Shown here piece after piece: positions 26,165 through 37,800 of a stretch of DNA of 49,270 bases (within the stretch, counting starts at the first letter, position 1; each line of letters opens with the position of its first letter). The translations under genes were made by a program, and so were the position numbers. The notes under the pieces were generated by a model that made no database searches, was not told the DNA's origin, and worked only from the letters and a program-made list of their open reading frames with translations. Source of the stretch: Candidatus Aenigmatarchaeota archaeon (GTDB lineage Archaea > Aenigmatarchaeota > Aenigmatarchaeia > QMZS01); assembly GCA_016932615.1 (NCBI GenBank), contig JAFGCN010000017.1, forward strand, positions 1 to 49,270, given 5' to 3'.

Positions 26165-26721
26165 AATTTTCTCCACTTCCCGAATGTTGTTGTTTCATCG
26201 AGCATGTTGTTTTTTTCTTTTGAGAGAAAGCCGATTTTCATGAAGCTCTCGCAGCGCATCTTTCCCTGGATGTAGAGTGACTTGTATTTTCCTGTCGAGT
26301 ATATGCCGGACATCACGCCTTCGAGTGCCAGCAGCTTTTTCAGCCCCTCAAGCTGCTCAACGCCGCCGGAAACTTTTATGAGCCGTTTTTGCGAGGAGAC
26401 TGAACTTTTGCCTTCAAAAAACCCGCGAAGAAAAGCTCTCCTCTTTTCCGAAGTGTCCAGCGCTTCAGTGGGCAGTTTTTCCTTGTCAAAGGGAAGCGAA
26501 AGGCCGATTTTTTTCAAAAGGCCTTCGACCTCTTCTTTTTGGCTAAGCGACACCTCAATTGCTTTTCCCTTTTTTATCCGGGCTTTTCCAAATTCAATAA
26601 GGCGGGAAAAGACAATTTCCGAAAATTCTTCCCGCTTTGTCTGGAATTCTATCCGGTGGCCTTTGCCCAGCTTAACCGAGCCGGAAGCGTACAGGAGCCC
26701 CAAAAGCTCAAAATCTCGCAT
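26161..26721 (-). CDS. Protein with two degenerate LAGLIDADG-like motifs (start at the internal MRDFELLG; the track ORF extends to 26784)
   Basis: ELLGLLYASGSVKL and RRAFLRGFFEGKSSVS sit about 100 aa apart, the spacing of a two-motif LAGLIDADG fold. The first motif lacks the catalytic acidic residue. Confidence 0.3.
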   Translation of the reverse strand: MRDFELLGLLYASGSVKLGKGHRIEFQTKREEFSEIVFSRLIEFGKARIKKGKAIEVSLSQKEEVEGLLKKIGLSLPFDKEKLPTEALDTSEKRRAFLRGFFEGKSSVSSQKRLIKVSGGVEQLEGLKKLLALEGVMSGIYSTGKYKSLYIQGKMRCESFMKIGFLSKEKNNMLDETTTFGKWRKF

Positions 26722-26742
26722 AATATATAAAAGAATCCAAAA

Positions 26743-27702
26743 TTGTGTATGGGGGAAGCAGAGTATGTTAAGGAAATCAAGCATGGCGCAGTTGGTTTCA
26801 AGCTTCCCACTTTGATTGACCTTAATCCTAAAACCGAAAACAGCGTTACCAACAGGGTAGAGACCCCGACAAGCAGGAATTATGTTTCAAGAGACGAAGA
26901 AACAGGAGCAGTAAAGCCCAACAAGCAGAAAGACGCAAGAGAGCTGGCCGGGGAAATTTACCGCAAGATTGGAGATCTTCACGCGAAAGGCAGGAAGCTC
27001 GATGAAATATATGATTTACTTGAGAAGGAGGGCTATGAGTATGCTGCAATCGAGCCGGTTTTCATCGATTATCTTGAGAAGTGCCGCGGTTCTCTGGGGC
27101 AGCAAGGACAGCAACAGCAAAGGCCGCCCGCCGCAAGCCCTGCGCCAGGCACTGCAGGAATGGTTGCTCCAAGGCCGCAGGGAAATCCGTCTTTCCAGGG
27201 AGAGCACGAGCTTGAGCTTGTTGAGATTCACGCAAACCCGCCTGAAATGCCCAAAGCAGAAGAAATGCCAAGAGGCGACAGAAGAATGGAATCCGTTGGC
27301 CAGCCAGGTGCAGAACAGTCGCCTCCCGCAGAGGAGGATGGAATCGGGCGAAGCACTGGGGACTTTGCGCCTCTTTTCGTAAAGGTCGGAAAATACCGGG
27401 AAACGCTCGAGCATCTAAACGACCTTGAAAATTACCTAAAAGGCATGACACGGCTCCTGGAGCTCGTTTCTGAGCTTGAACAGGTGAGGGTCATGAATAT
27501 CTCTGCAATCGAGAAACTGCAGAAAAAGGCGATTGCAACCTCTTCGAAGCTTTCTTCAGGGCTTCTGAAGCCAAGAGGCATGCAGCTGGAAGGCACGAGG
27601 GACAGCGAGGTTGAGCTTACAAAGCTGGGGGATGTCATTTCCGACCTGAGCAAGGAACTAACAATCCTGAAAAAGGAAGTGGATAAGCTGGGGCAGGTAT
27701 AG
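26743..27702 (+). CDS. Hypothetical protein with a Q/P-rich linker and a C-terminal coiled coil
   Basis: 319-aa ORF. Middle region QQGQQQQRPPAASPAPG. The C-terminal ~110 aa have a heptad-like pattern (LELVSELEQVRVMNISAIEKLQKK...LTILKKEVDKLGQ). Confidence 0.4.
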   Translation: MCMGEAEYVKEIKHGAVGFKLPTLIDLNPKTENSVTNRVETPTSRNYVSRDEETGAVKPNKQKDARELAGEIYRKIGDLHAKGRKLDEIYDLLEKEGYEYAAIEPVFIDYLEKCRGSLGQQGQQQQRPPAASPAPGTAGMVAPRPQGNPSFQGEHELELVEIHANPPEMPKAEEMPRGDRRMESVGQPGAEQSPPAEEDGIGRSTGDFAPLFVKVGKYRETLEHLNDLENYLKGMTRLLELVSELEQVRVMNISAIEKLQKKAIATSSKLSSGLLKPRGMQLEGTRDSEVELTKLGDVISDLSKELTILKKEVDKLGQV

Positions 27703-27712
27703 TCCGGAAGGG

Positions 27713-28663
27713 TTACTCTGGCTTTTTGGCTTCCTTTCTTTTTTTGTGGGGCACTTTTTCAAGTAGTTCGCATACCTTGCATATTTCCTTGGACGTAATC
27801 TCTCCGCAACTCTCACATTCTGCGGCTTTTCCGGTTTTCTGAAACTTCTCCCTTAAGGGAGGTATGATGATATCGGCAAATTTCACAATCTGGAAGAGAG
27901 TTCCGGGGTACTTTTTCTCAAGGTCGTAGAGGTACTTTCTGATGGTCTTTCTGACGGACTCTTTTCCATAAGGGCACCTTTTTTTGCCGTAATAAGGGAT
28001 TTTCAGGGCATCGCAGTAAAGGAAAAGCTCCTCTTCAGGTATCTCCCGCAGTGGCTTAAGCCGCGGCACGAATTTCTCGATTTTTTTGTTTTTCACGATA
28101 GGCCCTAGCCGTATGAATTTATCGAGGTTTCCAAAGACGAAATTCATGAAGACCGATTCTGCCTCGTCATTAAGGTTGAAGCCGTACGCAAGCTTTGTGG
28201 CCCCAAGCTCCCGCGCCTTTCGGTTCAAAAGCCCCCTTCTTAAAACGCCGCAAAAGGTGCATGCGTTCAGCTCTGGATTGTGCTTCATCAGTTCGGGGAG
28301 TGGCCCCCCATATTCCTCTTCAAAGGAGTACACGTAATGGGGCACGCCAAGCTTTTTGCACAAAATTGAGCTTTTCCTGATGGTCTTAAGCCGGTATTCT
28401 CCGATGCCCTCGTCAATTGAAACCGCAAATATCTCCATGTCGCGCCTTTTCTTTACAATCTCTGCCAGGATGTAGAGTGCGCTGGAGCTGTCTTTTCCCC
28501 CCGAAAGCGCAACGCCTACCTTATCCCCCCTGGAGAGCAGATTATTGGTCCTTATGACCCTTTTTACTTTCTTTTCAATGGACTGCACGAAGCATTTTCT
28601 GCACAGTTCCGTGCCCTCGTAGGTCCTCGTAAAATAAGTTTCCCTGCCGCATTTGCAAGCCAT
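27713..28663 (-). CDS. PP-loop ATPase tRNA 2-thiolation enzyme (NcsA/Ctu1/TtuA family)
   Basis: PP-loop VALSGGKDSS. An N-terminal CxxC...CxxC zinc finger (CKCG...CRKC) and a C-terminal CESCG...CKVC are characteristic of the TtuA/NcsA group. Confidence 0.8.
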   Translation of the reverse strand: MACKCGRETYFTRTYEGTELCRKCFVQSIEKKVKRVIRTNNLLSRGDKVGVALSGGKDSSSALYILAEIVKKRRDMEIFAVSIDEGIGEYRLKTIRKSSILCKKLGVPHYVYSFEEEYGGPLPELMKHNPELNACTFCGVLRRGLLNRKARELGATKLAYGFNLNDEAESVFMNFVFGNLDKFIRLGPIVKNKKIEKFVPRLKPLREIPEEELFLYCDALKIPYYGKKRCPYGKESVRKTIRKYLYDLEKKYPGTLFQIVKFADIIIPPLREKFQKTGKAAECESCGEITSKEICKVCELLEKVPHKKRKEAKKPE

Positions 28664-28808
28664 AAATATATGTGCGTTATTTGCCTATTTTCCTTGTTTT
28701 TCTGCCTGCCGGCAAGAGCGTTATTTTGATTGGTTCTTTGCCCATTTTCACATTCACTACCTAAAGATACTTTAGCCAGGCATTACATTACGGCTACAAC
28801 TGCTAAAA

Positions 28809-28820
28809 AGTATATATATG
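28809..28820 (+). promoter_or_regulatory. TATA-box-like element upstream of the giant surface-protein gene
   Basis: aaagtatatatatg centred about 30 nt upstream of the ATG at 28848, within a 180-bp non-coding AT-rich region. Confidence 0.3.
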
Positions 28821-28847
28821 ACATTATCCTAATTAGTAGAGAGCAAG

Positions 28848-31800
28848 ATGTCACTGCCTTGGAAAAAGGGGTCGAGCGCTTCATTTAAATTGAGTCTATG
28901 CCTGATAACGCTTATTTTGCTCGCCTTTTGCGTTAATGCGGACACTTATTCGGCGTTTTGCACCACAGGCACCGAAATTTATACAGATAAGCCGGATTAC
29001 GAGCCGGGAGAGACTGTGAATATTACCGGGCACGGCTTTCTGCCAAAGGCACCATTAAATATTACGATTACCCGGCCGGACCGTGTTACCGACTCCTGCG
29101 GCTCTTCTTCCTGCTATTTTAGGTTCTTGAATGGCACCCTGATATCCGACAGGGAAGGGTCTTTTTTTGATTATCTTTACCTTCTTAACGGCATAACCGG
29201 AAATTACACCGTCCGGGTGACTGACGGCAAAAATTATGCGGAATTCTGCTTCATGGATGGCCGGAATATTACAAACGTGACTCTTGACGGCTTAAGCAGC
29301 GTTTCAGTTCTTCCAAGCGCTTCCATTACTGCTGCGGTAACCCTTGTTTCGACATCCGGCAGCTACTGGCGCTCCACAATGTACCAGATTGAGGGTGAAA
29401 GCGCCGTGTGCGTGGATACGCCAGACCACACTGAGTCAGGAACTCACACTTATACAGAGCCCTTTTCAATAACAGCCCCTTCTGCGCCCGGCGTTTATGA
29501 TGCCAGTTTTATCGCTTATCTTAACAATGACTGTACAGGAAGCAGCCCAAGCAATACCTATACTTTAATCGACGGCATAACAGTCACATCTGACGCCGTA
29601 TGCGGCGATGGGGAGATTGAAGCGCCCGAATCCTGCGATGATGCTAATACCGACGATGCTGACGGCTGCTCGTCTTCCTGCCAGGTGGAATCCGGCTGGT
29701 CCTGCGCTGGTGAGCCAAGCTCTTGCGCAGAAGTGTGCGGAAATGGCATAATAACTGCAACCGAGGAGTGTGATGATGCCAACACTGATGACTCCGATGG
29801 ATGCGGCTCATCCTGCGCCATTGAAGCCGGTTGGTCCTGCACAGGTGAGCCGAGTGAGTGCCTGGTGTATAATCCTGCCCTTCCAAGCTCTTGCGGAATA
29901 GATATTGCGCTTATTATAGACAATTCCGGGAGCATTGACAACTCGGAGCTCACGGCAATGAAAAACGCGTTTAAGGGCTTTGTTGACGCTTTCCTGCCGG
30001 ATACCCCCACCCACATAGCGGTTGTCAAGTTCAATACTGATGGAGACCTTGTTTTGGACTATAGCGGAGACGCAACCGAAATAAAGAATGCAATTGATTC
30101 GGTGTCGACAAGCGATGGCTACACCAACTGGGACGATGGGCTAAAGGAGGCGCAGGATGAGTTTGACAACTCGCCAAAGCCGGACTTGTACGTTTTTGCT
30201 TCTGACGGGCAGCCGAACCGCCATGGCGACCCGGCAGTGGATGGAGAGCCCGAGTCTCTTGCTGCAGCTATAGAAAGGGCAAACCAGTTAAAGCTGTCTG
30301 GCGTAAGGATAATCACTCTTGGAATTGGCGTTACAGGTGACGGCGCTTCCAACCTTAAAGCAATCTCAAGCGAGGATGCCTACTATTCCTCAGGATTTGA
30401 CACCCTTGCGGATGACTTGGCTGACCTTGCCGATGAGCTTTGCGGAGGCACGATAACAGTAAGGAAGCTGGTTGACGGAAGCCCTGCAGGCGGCTGGGAA
30501 TTTTCGGCAAGCGTAACCGATGGAGAATCAATCCCGGCAACTTCCACAACCGGTGAAGATGGCTTCATAGACCCGGTTTTTGACATAAACATAACAGACA
30601 CGGTTTCAACTGTGGACATAACAGAAACTCCCAAGCAGGGATATAATTTTGTCAGCGCAGCTTGCAAAGACCAGGATGAAAATCCGGTGGGAACGCCTGG
30701 CGTTGGAACGGTTACTGGAATAGTGATTGGTCCAAATGATGCGGTTTACTGTGAATTTAACAACAGCGGGGTTTTGTGCAGCGAGCACTCCAATTCAGAG
30801 TCCTGTGAGGAAGATGAGGGCTGCAAGTGGTGCCCTTCCTGCAACAACCCTTTCAGGAATGTTTATTATCCTCTCGGAAACTGCATAAGCGAGTCTGCTG
30901 AATGCGCCTGGAATGGCTGCTCGGTCGAATGCGGAGCCGAGTGCGATACTGAGACTCCATGCCTTCCAAAGCAGGATGAGAATTACTGCTACTATGGCGG
31001 AGAATGCAATTCCTCATGCTTATGCGGTTACTTGTCCCAGTTCTGCCCACCACCTGGGACTGAAGATAATGGAACCTGCTACTATGGCGAGCAGTCCTGC
31101 ACCGAAAACGGCTGCCAGGTTACAAGCGCAGAAATGTCTTGCCCGGGGCTTGTTTGCGATGAGATTCTTGGCCCTGTGGACATGATTGGGCCTGTAACCA
31201 GTAATTTCACTGCTGACCCGATTCCACCTCAATTCCTTCCAGGGCCACTTCCAGCAAAGTGGCTGGTAAACATCAGCGCCCTTGAAACAGAGGACTGCTC
31301 GAATGTTTCTGCTGCGGAATATTTTGTTTCAAAGAATGTTTGCTATTATCCTCCGGACACTGAGAGGGGAACGCCTATGGGTGCGCTTGACGGCTCTTTT
31401 GGCGGGCTTGTGGAATTGGTAAACACAACTCACACATTTAATGAGGAAAACGACGGGCTTTACTGCTTTTCCATAAGGGGCAAAAACGACGCTGGCTACT
31501 GGGGCAATATATACTGCGACTGCATAAATGTGGATACCCAGGTTCCGCTTGACCCGACAAATGTTACGCTTACGCCTTATATATGCAACCAGAACAGGAC
31601 TTTGAACGCAAAGGTCTGTGACGCAGAGTCGGATGTTGTGGGCGGCGAATATTATTTTGACATATTTACGGACTGGATTCCTGGCGGGCAGGGCCTTTTG
31701 ATGTATGTGCAGAGCCAATATGTACTTGAAGAGCCCGAAGGAAGATATTTTTGCGCTAACCTGAATGCCACTATAGACGTCACAAATGTGTCTGATGGCT

Positions 31801-34800
31801 GCCACTGGGTGCGGCTTCACGGAGTGGATGATGCTGGAAACTGGGGAAAGCCAAGCCCCAACTACCAGCACAAGTTTATACTTGATAAGACCCCTCCAAG
31901 GACAAACAAGATGATTAATGGAACGGTTATTCCTTGCGATTTGGCAGATGACGGCGAGGGCAACGCGCTTGACGCAGGGTGCTTTTACACCGTGCAGGGA
32001 ACCGAGATTCTTCTCGAAGGGTTTGATGACCTTGGGTCCCAGAACGAATCCTGCCGGGCGGAATCCCTGACAACCTGGTACAGAATCAGATGGAGAAATA
32101 ACTGGACAAGCCCTTGGGAGGACTGGTCAATCTGGACTCTTTACAGGGAGCCGATTGTCCTGAGAGAAGACTCAATACACGAGATAGAATATTATTCTGA
32201 AGACTCGTGTGGAAACGCGGAAACTCACCACTACGAGCTTGACATAGTTGACACTGCGGAGCCGAAAACCGAAAAAACAATTGAAGGAGTAAGGCTTGAA
32301 GGCGACGGCCAGACTTTTGACTGGTGGATTACCCAGGAGTCGACAATTATCCTTAACTGTACAGATACTGACCCTCACCCTGTCAGCGGAGTAACTCTTT
32401 ACTGGAGGTATAAGGTGGATGGTGGGAACTTTACCGGCTGGAATGAGGTGTTTGGAGGATATGATGCTTTCAGCTATCCTGAAGACTCGGTTCACACACT
32501 GGAATATTACTGCACGGATATTCTTGGAAACAGGGAAGAAACGCAGGTTGAGGTCGACAAGGTGGACACAACCCCGCCTGAAACTAACAAGACTTATGGC
32601 TGGCCATTGTTCGATACTGATGGCTCATACCCCAAGTGGATAAACTCCAGCACTCCCGTCACATTGGAATCAACTGACGGCGGCGAAATATGCGCAGTCG
32701 GAGTCGATAAGACTTACTGGATGAACACGATAGTTAACGATTATATGTGCGAGGAAGCGCCTCTAAACTGCCAGCCAGTCCATGACTTCGAGGATGAGGG
32801 CTGGACAGAATATACTGCCCCGTTCTACAAGACTGAAACCTCATGCCACCTTATAGAATACTGGTCTGAAGACAGGCTTGGAAACCGCGAGAGAATAAAA
32901 GCCCAGTGCGTATTCGTGGATAACGAGCCGCCGGTAAGCGTGAAAGGCATTCAGGGGCCTCAGATAGAAACTGACTGCAGGGAGATTGGTGAGGGTAACT
33001 ACTCGGATGGCTGCTATTATGTGACAACTGAAACTGAGGTCACCTTGGAATGCCGGGACTCTCTACCACACCCGGTCGGAAACGTTGATTTATTCTACAA
33101 AATCGACTGGAAGAATGCTACAGGAGACACCTGGATTTCCGGAACCTGGATAAAAAGCACAAACCCGGTTACATTTTCGTACGAAAATGATTCTTTCCAC
33201 CTGCTCGAGTGGTACTGCATAGACGCCCTTGGAAATGCCGAAGAAGTTAGAACCGAGCTTGACATGGTTGATTCAAGCCCGCCTGAGGTAGTAAAGCAAG
33301 TGAACGGCGCCCTAATGGGAAACAGCACTATTGATTGGTACCTCAATGGCACTTCAAACATCACACTCAACTGCACGGATGTCATGCCCCACCCTGTCGG
33401 CGACGTTACGCTTAACTGGACTTTATACTGGAGCGAGGAGTGTATCAGGCCGGACTGGGAGGAGCTTGCAAGTGGAGTCACCGATGGCTACAAGTCATTT
33501 ACAAGCTTCAGGGATTCCTGCCACAAGCTGGTTTACTGGTGCTCTGACGCCCTTGAAAACACGGGCCCTCTTACAGAAGAAATTGACGCTGTTGACACCA
33601 AGCCGCCGGTTTCATGGAAGGATATTAACGGCACGTACGTAAACTGCACAGAGGGAGAGGTTTGCGACAAGTGGATTACCCAGAATACACTTCTTGAGCT
33701 TTACTGCGAAGACCAGGCCCCTCACCCCGTGGGCGGCGTTAAGATTTATTACAGGTACTTTGTGGATGATGTCCTCTTCCAGGACTGGACAGAATACACA
33801 AGGGCGATAAATTATGGCGAGGACTCGGTTCACCGGCTTGAGTGGTATTGCGTCGATGCACTTGGCAATAAGGAAGAGACCCAGGTTGAAATTGATAAGG
33901 TGGACACAACCCCACCTGAAATGAACAAGATTATCGGAGAGCCGAAGATTGAATGCACTGAAGGTGAGGGCTGCGATTACTGGCTTCGCGACCACTACAC
34001 AAATATCACCCTCGACCCTGTTGATGGAGGAGACGTTTGCGCAATAGACCGGGTGCAGTGCGATTACTGGTACCTTGTAAACAACACGACCTGGGAAGGG
34101 CCGTTTGAATACAGGGGGCCGATAGTGTTTACTGAGGACTGCCTTCACGAGCTCCACATTTCCTGCCGTGATGCCTTAGGCAATGTAGTTAACGATACTG
34201 AACTTTTCAGGGTTGACTCACAGCCGCCGGTTACTGTCAAGAGCTTTATCGGCCCGAAGTATCCTGCCTCCGAAAAGGACGAGGAGCAGTTTGAGCTTAC
34301 TGAAGAGCAGGCAGAAAACTTTTGGATGAGGGACCATGTGACTGTAGTTGAGCTTAACGCGACAGACACAATAGAGCCATGTGCTGTCGGCATAAGAGAG
34401 TTGTGGTACCGGGTTGGAAAGGACATGGACGGAGACGAAATGGTCGATGGATTGGAGATGGGCAACTGGAGCGTCGTTACAGGAAGCTATGTAAACTTCA
34501 CGGTTAATGAGGACTGCCTTCACAAAATTGAGTGGTACTCAGTGGATATGCTTGGAAACACTGAGGAAAAGCGGTCCCAATACCATAGGGTCGATTCAAC
34601 GCCGCCGGTTACAACAAAGACTTTCGATGGCCCTACCTGGGACGACACAGACAAGACAAATCCCTACTGGGAAAATTACTGGGTTTCAAATGAAACTGAT
34701 ATAATACTTTTGGCAGTCGATGAGGCAAGCCCTTGCGCTGTTGGCGTGGACTACATACACTACGAACTCTGGTGGGACTCTGACGGTGACGGAGAAGTCG

Positions 34801-37800
34801 ACATGAAGATTGATGATGAAAATGCCTCCTCTTCAATCGTTACAATTAACCTTGAGCGGGACTGCATTCACAAAATTGTCTGGTATGCAGTAGACCTTCT
34901 TGGAAACCCTGAAGATGAGCATATACAGTACCACAAGGTAGACCAGACCCCACCCAGGACTTACAAGCTGATTGAAGGGTCGATGTGCAATGCAACTGAA
35001 GAGGACCTAGAGCTATTCAACCTCACTCTTGATGAGGAAATAGAGTCCTTCTGGCTTACAAGCAACTCTACCATAACACTCTCAGCGGTTGAGGGGATGA
35101 CTAACTGCTCATCAGGGCTTGACCACCTTCACTATGAGGTTTGGTACAGCGAGGACGGAACTGGAGATGAGTGGGTGAAGTTGGATGAACAGGACGTGCC
35201 TGCAAACGGAAGCTCAGAACTAAACACTACCCTAACTCTTGGCGAGGACTGCCTTCACAAAATTGTCTGGTATGCCGTCGACCGGGTTGAAAATATAGAA
35301 AAGGTACACATTCAGTACCACAGGGTCGACAACCACGCGCCTGAAATCCTGAAGGAAGTCGGCTGGCCAAGTATTTACATGGGCAAAAACCCTCAGACCG
35401 GAGAGGATGCCTGGGATATTACCACCGATACTCCGATAAGCCTTGATGGGACTTACGATGCTCTTGAGCCGTGCGCTTCGGGAAGGACAAAGATCGAGTA
35501 CAGCATATGGTACGATGGAAGCGGAATCTGGGACAGCTGGAAGACTTACACTGGAGAGTTTAACCTTCTTGGCGACTCCACCCACCGGCTGAAAGTGAGG
35601 GTCACGGACTGCCTGGGAAACACAGTTGAAGATATAGAGACTTTCGTGGTCCATGAGAATCTTCCGGGTGAGGAATGCAAGGTTCCAATAAAGTACTCAG
35701 GAATGTTTGGCTGGGAGTGGCGTTCAGTAGAGATACCTGAGATGATGGTGGACCTGTACACAAACGACTCGAGAATGTGGAATGTCATGAAGCTCATGGA
35801 AGGACAGTATGATATCATCTACTTCCAGGACTACCTTACTGGGGACTGGACCTCTTATGACCCTGAGCGGCTGAACAACGAAACAGGAGAGCCGATGAAC
35901 AGCCTGAATGATTTTGACCAGGGTCCCGGAAAGTATTATATAAAGCTCAAGGATGACGCAAGGTACATGAGCTACTTTGTCATTTTCAATGACCTTCGGG
36001 AGGGCTGCTCCATGGATCTTACGGAGTGCTGGGACCGGCTCGATAACGATGCTGATGGGTACTGGGATTACCCTTACGATACGGAGTGCCTGGATAGAGA
36101 GGATGGCCTTGAGATTTCCGTTTGCGGAAATGGCATCACGGAGCGGTTTGAGGAATGCGATGACAATAACACGCAGGGAGGAGATGGTTGCTCAGAGGAA
36201 TGCACGCTTGAGCTGGTAAATGACTCCTGCGTTTCCGAGAAAGGTTATACTCTTAATGCCGATTTCGATGAAGGCACTTTGTCGGGTCTGGAACACACCA
36301 CCGTCCCAGACCAGCTTCAGATTATTGAGGGGCAGGTTACGACCTACCCGATACTTTGGGTTGCAAATGCCGGGGAAGATTCTGTTTCGAAATGGGACAC
36401 TTCGCAGAATAGGGAGCTTGCAAGGTACCACACCTGGTTTGGAGTTCTTGCTGACCATGGGGCATGGTCTGGCGCTGCCCCATCCAGGACGGCAGTTGAC
36501 ACTGACGGAAACTGCTATGTCGCAAACAGGCACTTTGACGATTACCCGGCAGATGTCATAAAGATTCTTGCAAATGACTGGATTGACAGGAACGGAAACG
36601 GGATAATGGACACTTCATATGACGCAAACAATAATTCAGTAATCGAGGGGGGGGAAATGCTCCCAATGAATGACACAAATGGAAACGAAAGGATTGACCC
36701 CGAGGAGATAACCGATGAGAGGGTTGCCTGGGTTGCGACTGTCGGGCCTTCAAGTGGCCTTGGAAGGGGGCTTGCAATAGACCTCGAAGGAAATATCTGG
36801 CTTGGCCTTTTCAATGAAAGGTCCTACTATAAGCTTAACGGGACTGACGGAAGTGTAATTCAGGGCCCGATTTATGTTGGGGCGCACACGCCTTATGGCG
36901 CTTTGGTCGACCGATATGGCTTCCTTTGGGGCGCATCCCTTGACAATAACCTGCTTAAGCTTGACACCAATACAGGAAACTGGACGATTTATACGCACAG
37001 CGGCAGCAACTATGGAATTGCTCTTGGATATGACTCTGAGGGCAGCACCCAGGTTTATCTTGGGTACCATAACCCTTACCTTCAGTTTAATTCTTCCGAT
37101 GAGACCTTCAGCCAGCCGGCAACTTCAGACTATTATTCTTATGGAGTTGCGACGGATTCAGAAGGGAACATCCTTTCCGGCAGCAACTCGGATGGCCGCA
37201 TGGGAAAATACGCGCCTGATGGAAGCTTGATATGGCTTGCTCCTGCACAGGTGGCCTCTGAGATAAGAGGCACTGTTGTTGACAGTGATGATAATGTCTG
37301 GGCAATTCACAGGGGAGACAGCAAGATGGCAAAGTTCAACGGAACTGATGGGTCTCCTTTAGGTGTGTTTGACACGGGACTTCAGCCATATACCTATAGT
37401 GATGCAAGCGGGCTCGGGCTTAGGGGCTCTATTTCAGTTGGGGTATGGACGGTTGTCTTTGACTCGAAAAAGAACGGAACTTCTTTTGACGCGGTTTCCT
37501 GGACGGGCTATTCCCCTAACGGGACATCAATTACCGTGAAGGTGAGAAGTTCTTCAGATAATTTGTCCTGGTCCTCCTGGGAGACTGCGCAAAATGGCGT
37601 TTCTCTCAGCACAACACCTGATGGAAGGTATCTTCAGGTTGAAGCTACTTTGAAGGGTGTTGCAGGTTCCGAGTCACCAATACTTTATGACTTGTCTGTT
37701 CAGGCGACCTGTTCAGACGATCTGGATGCAAGGATTGATTCATGCACAGACCTTGATGGGGATGGTTATTCCATAGAGGGAGAGGATTGCGGTCCTGTCG

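Noticed and set aside
29558-34157. Numerous 60-180-aa minus-strand ORFs inside the giant gene (e.g. 29558-30034, 31329-31871, 33095-33481, 33612-34157)
   Set aside because: They lie antisense to, or in alternative frames of, a continuous 9.6-kb ORF with clear domain content. They lack motifs and show low-complexity or frame-shadow composition. Treated as spurious.
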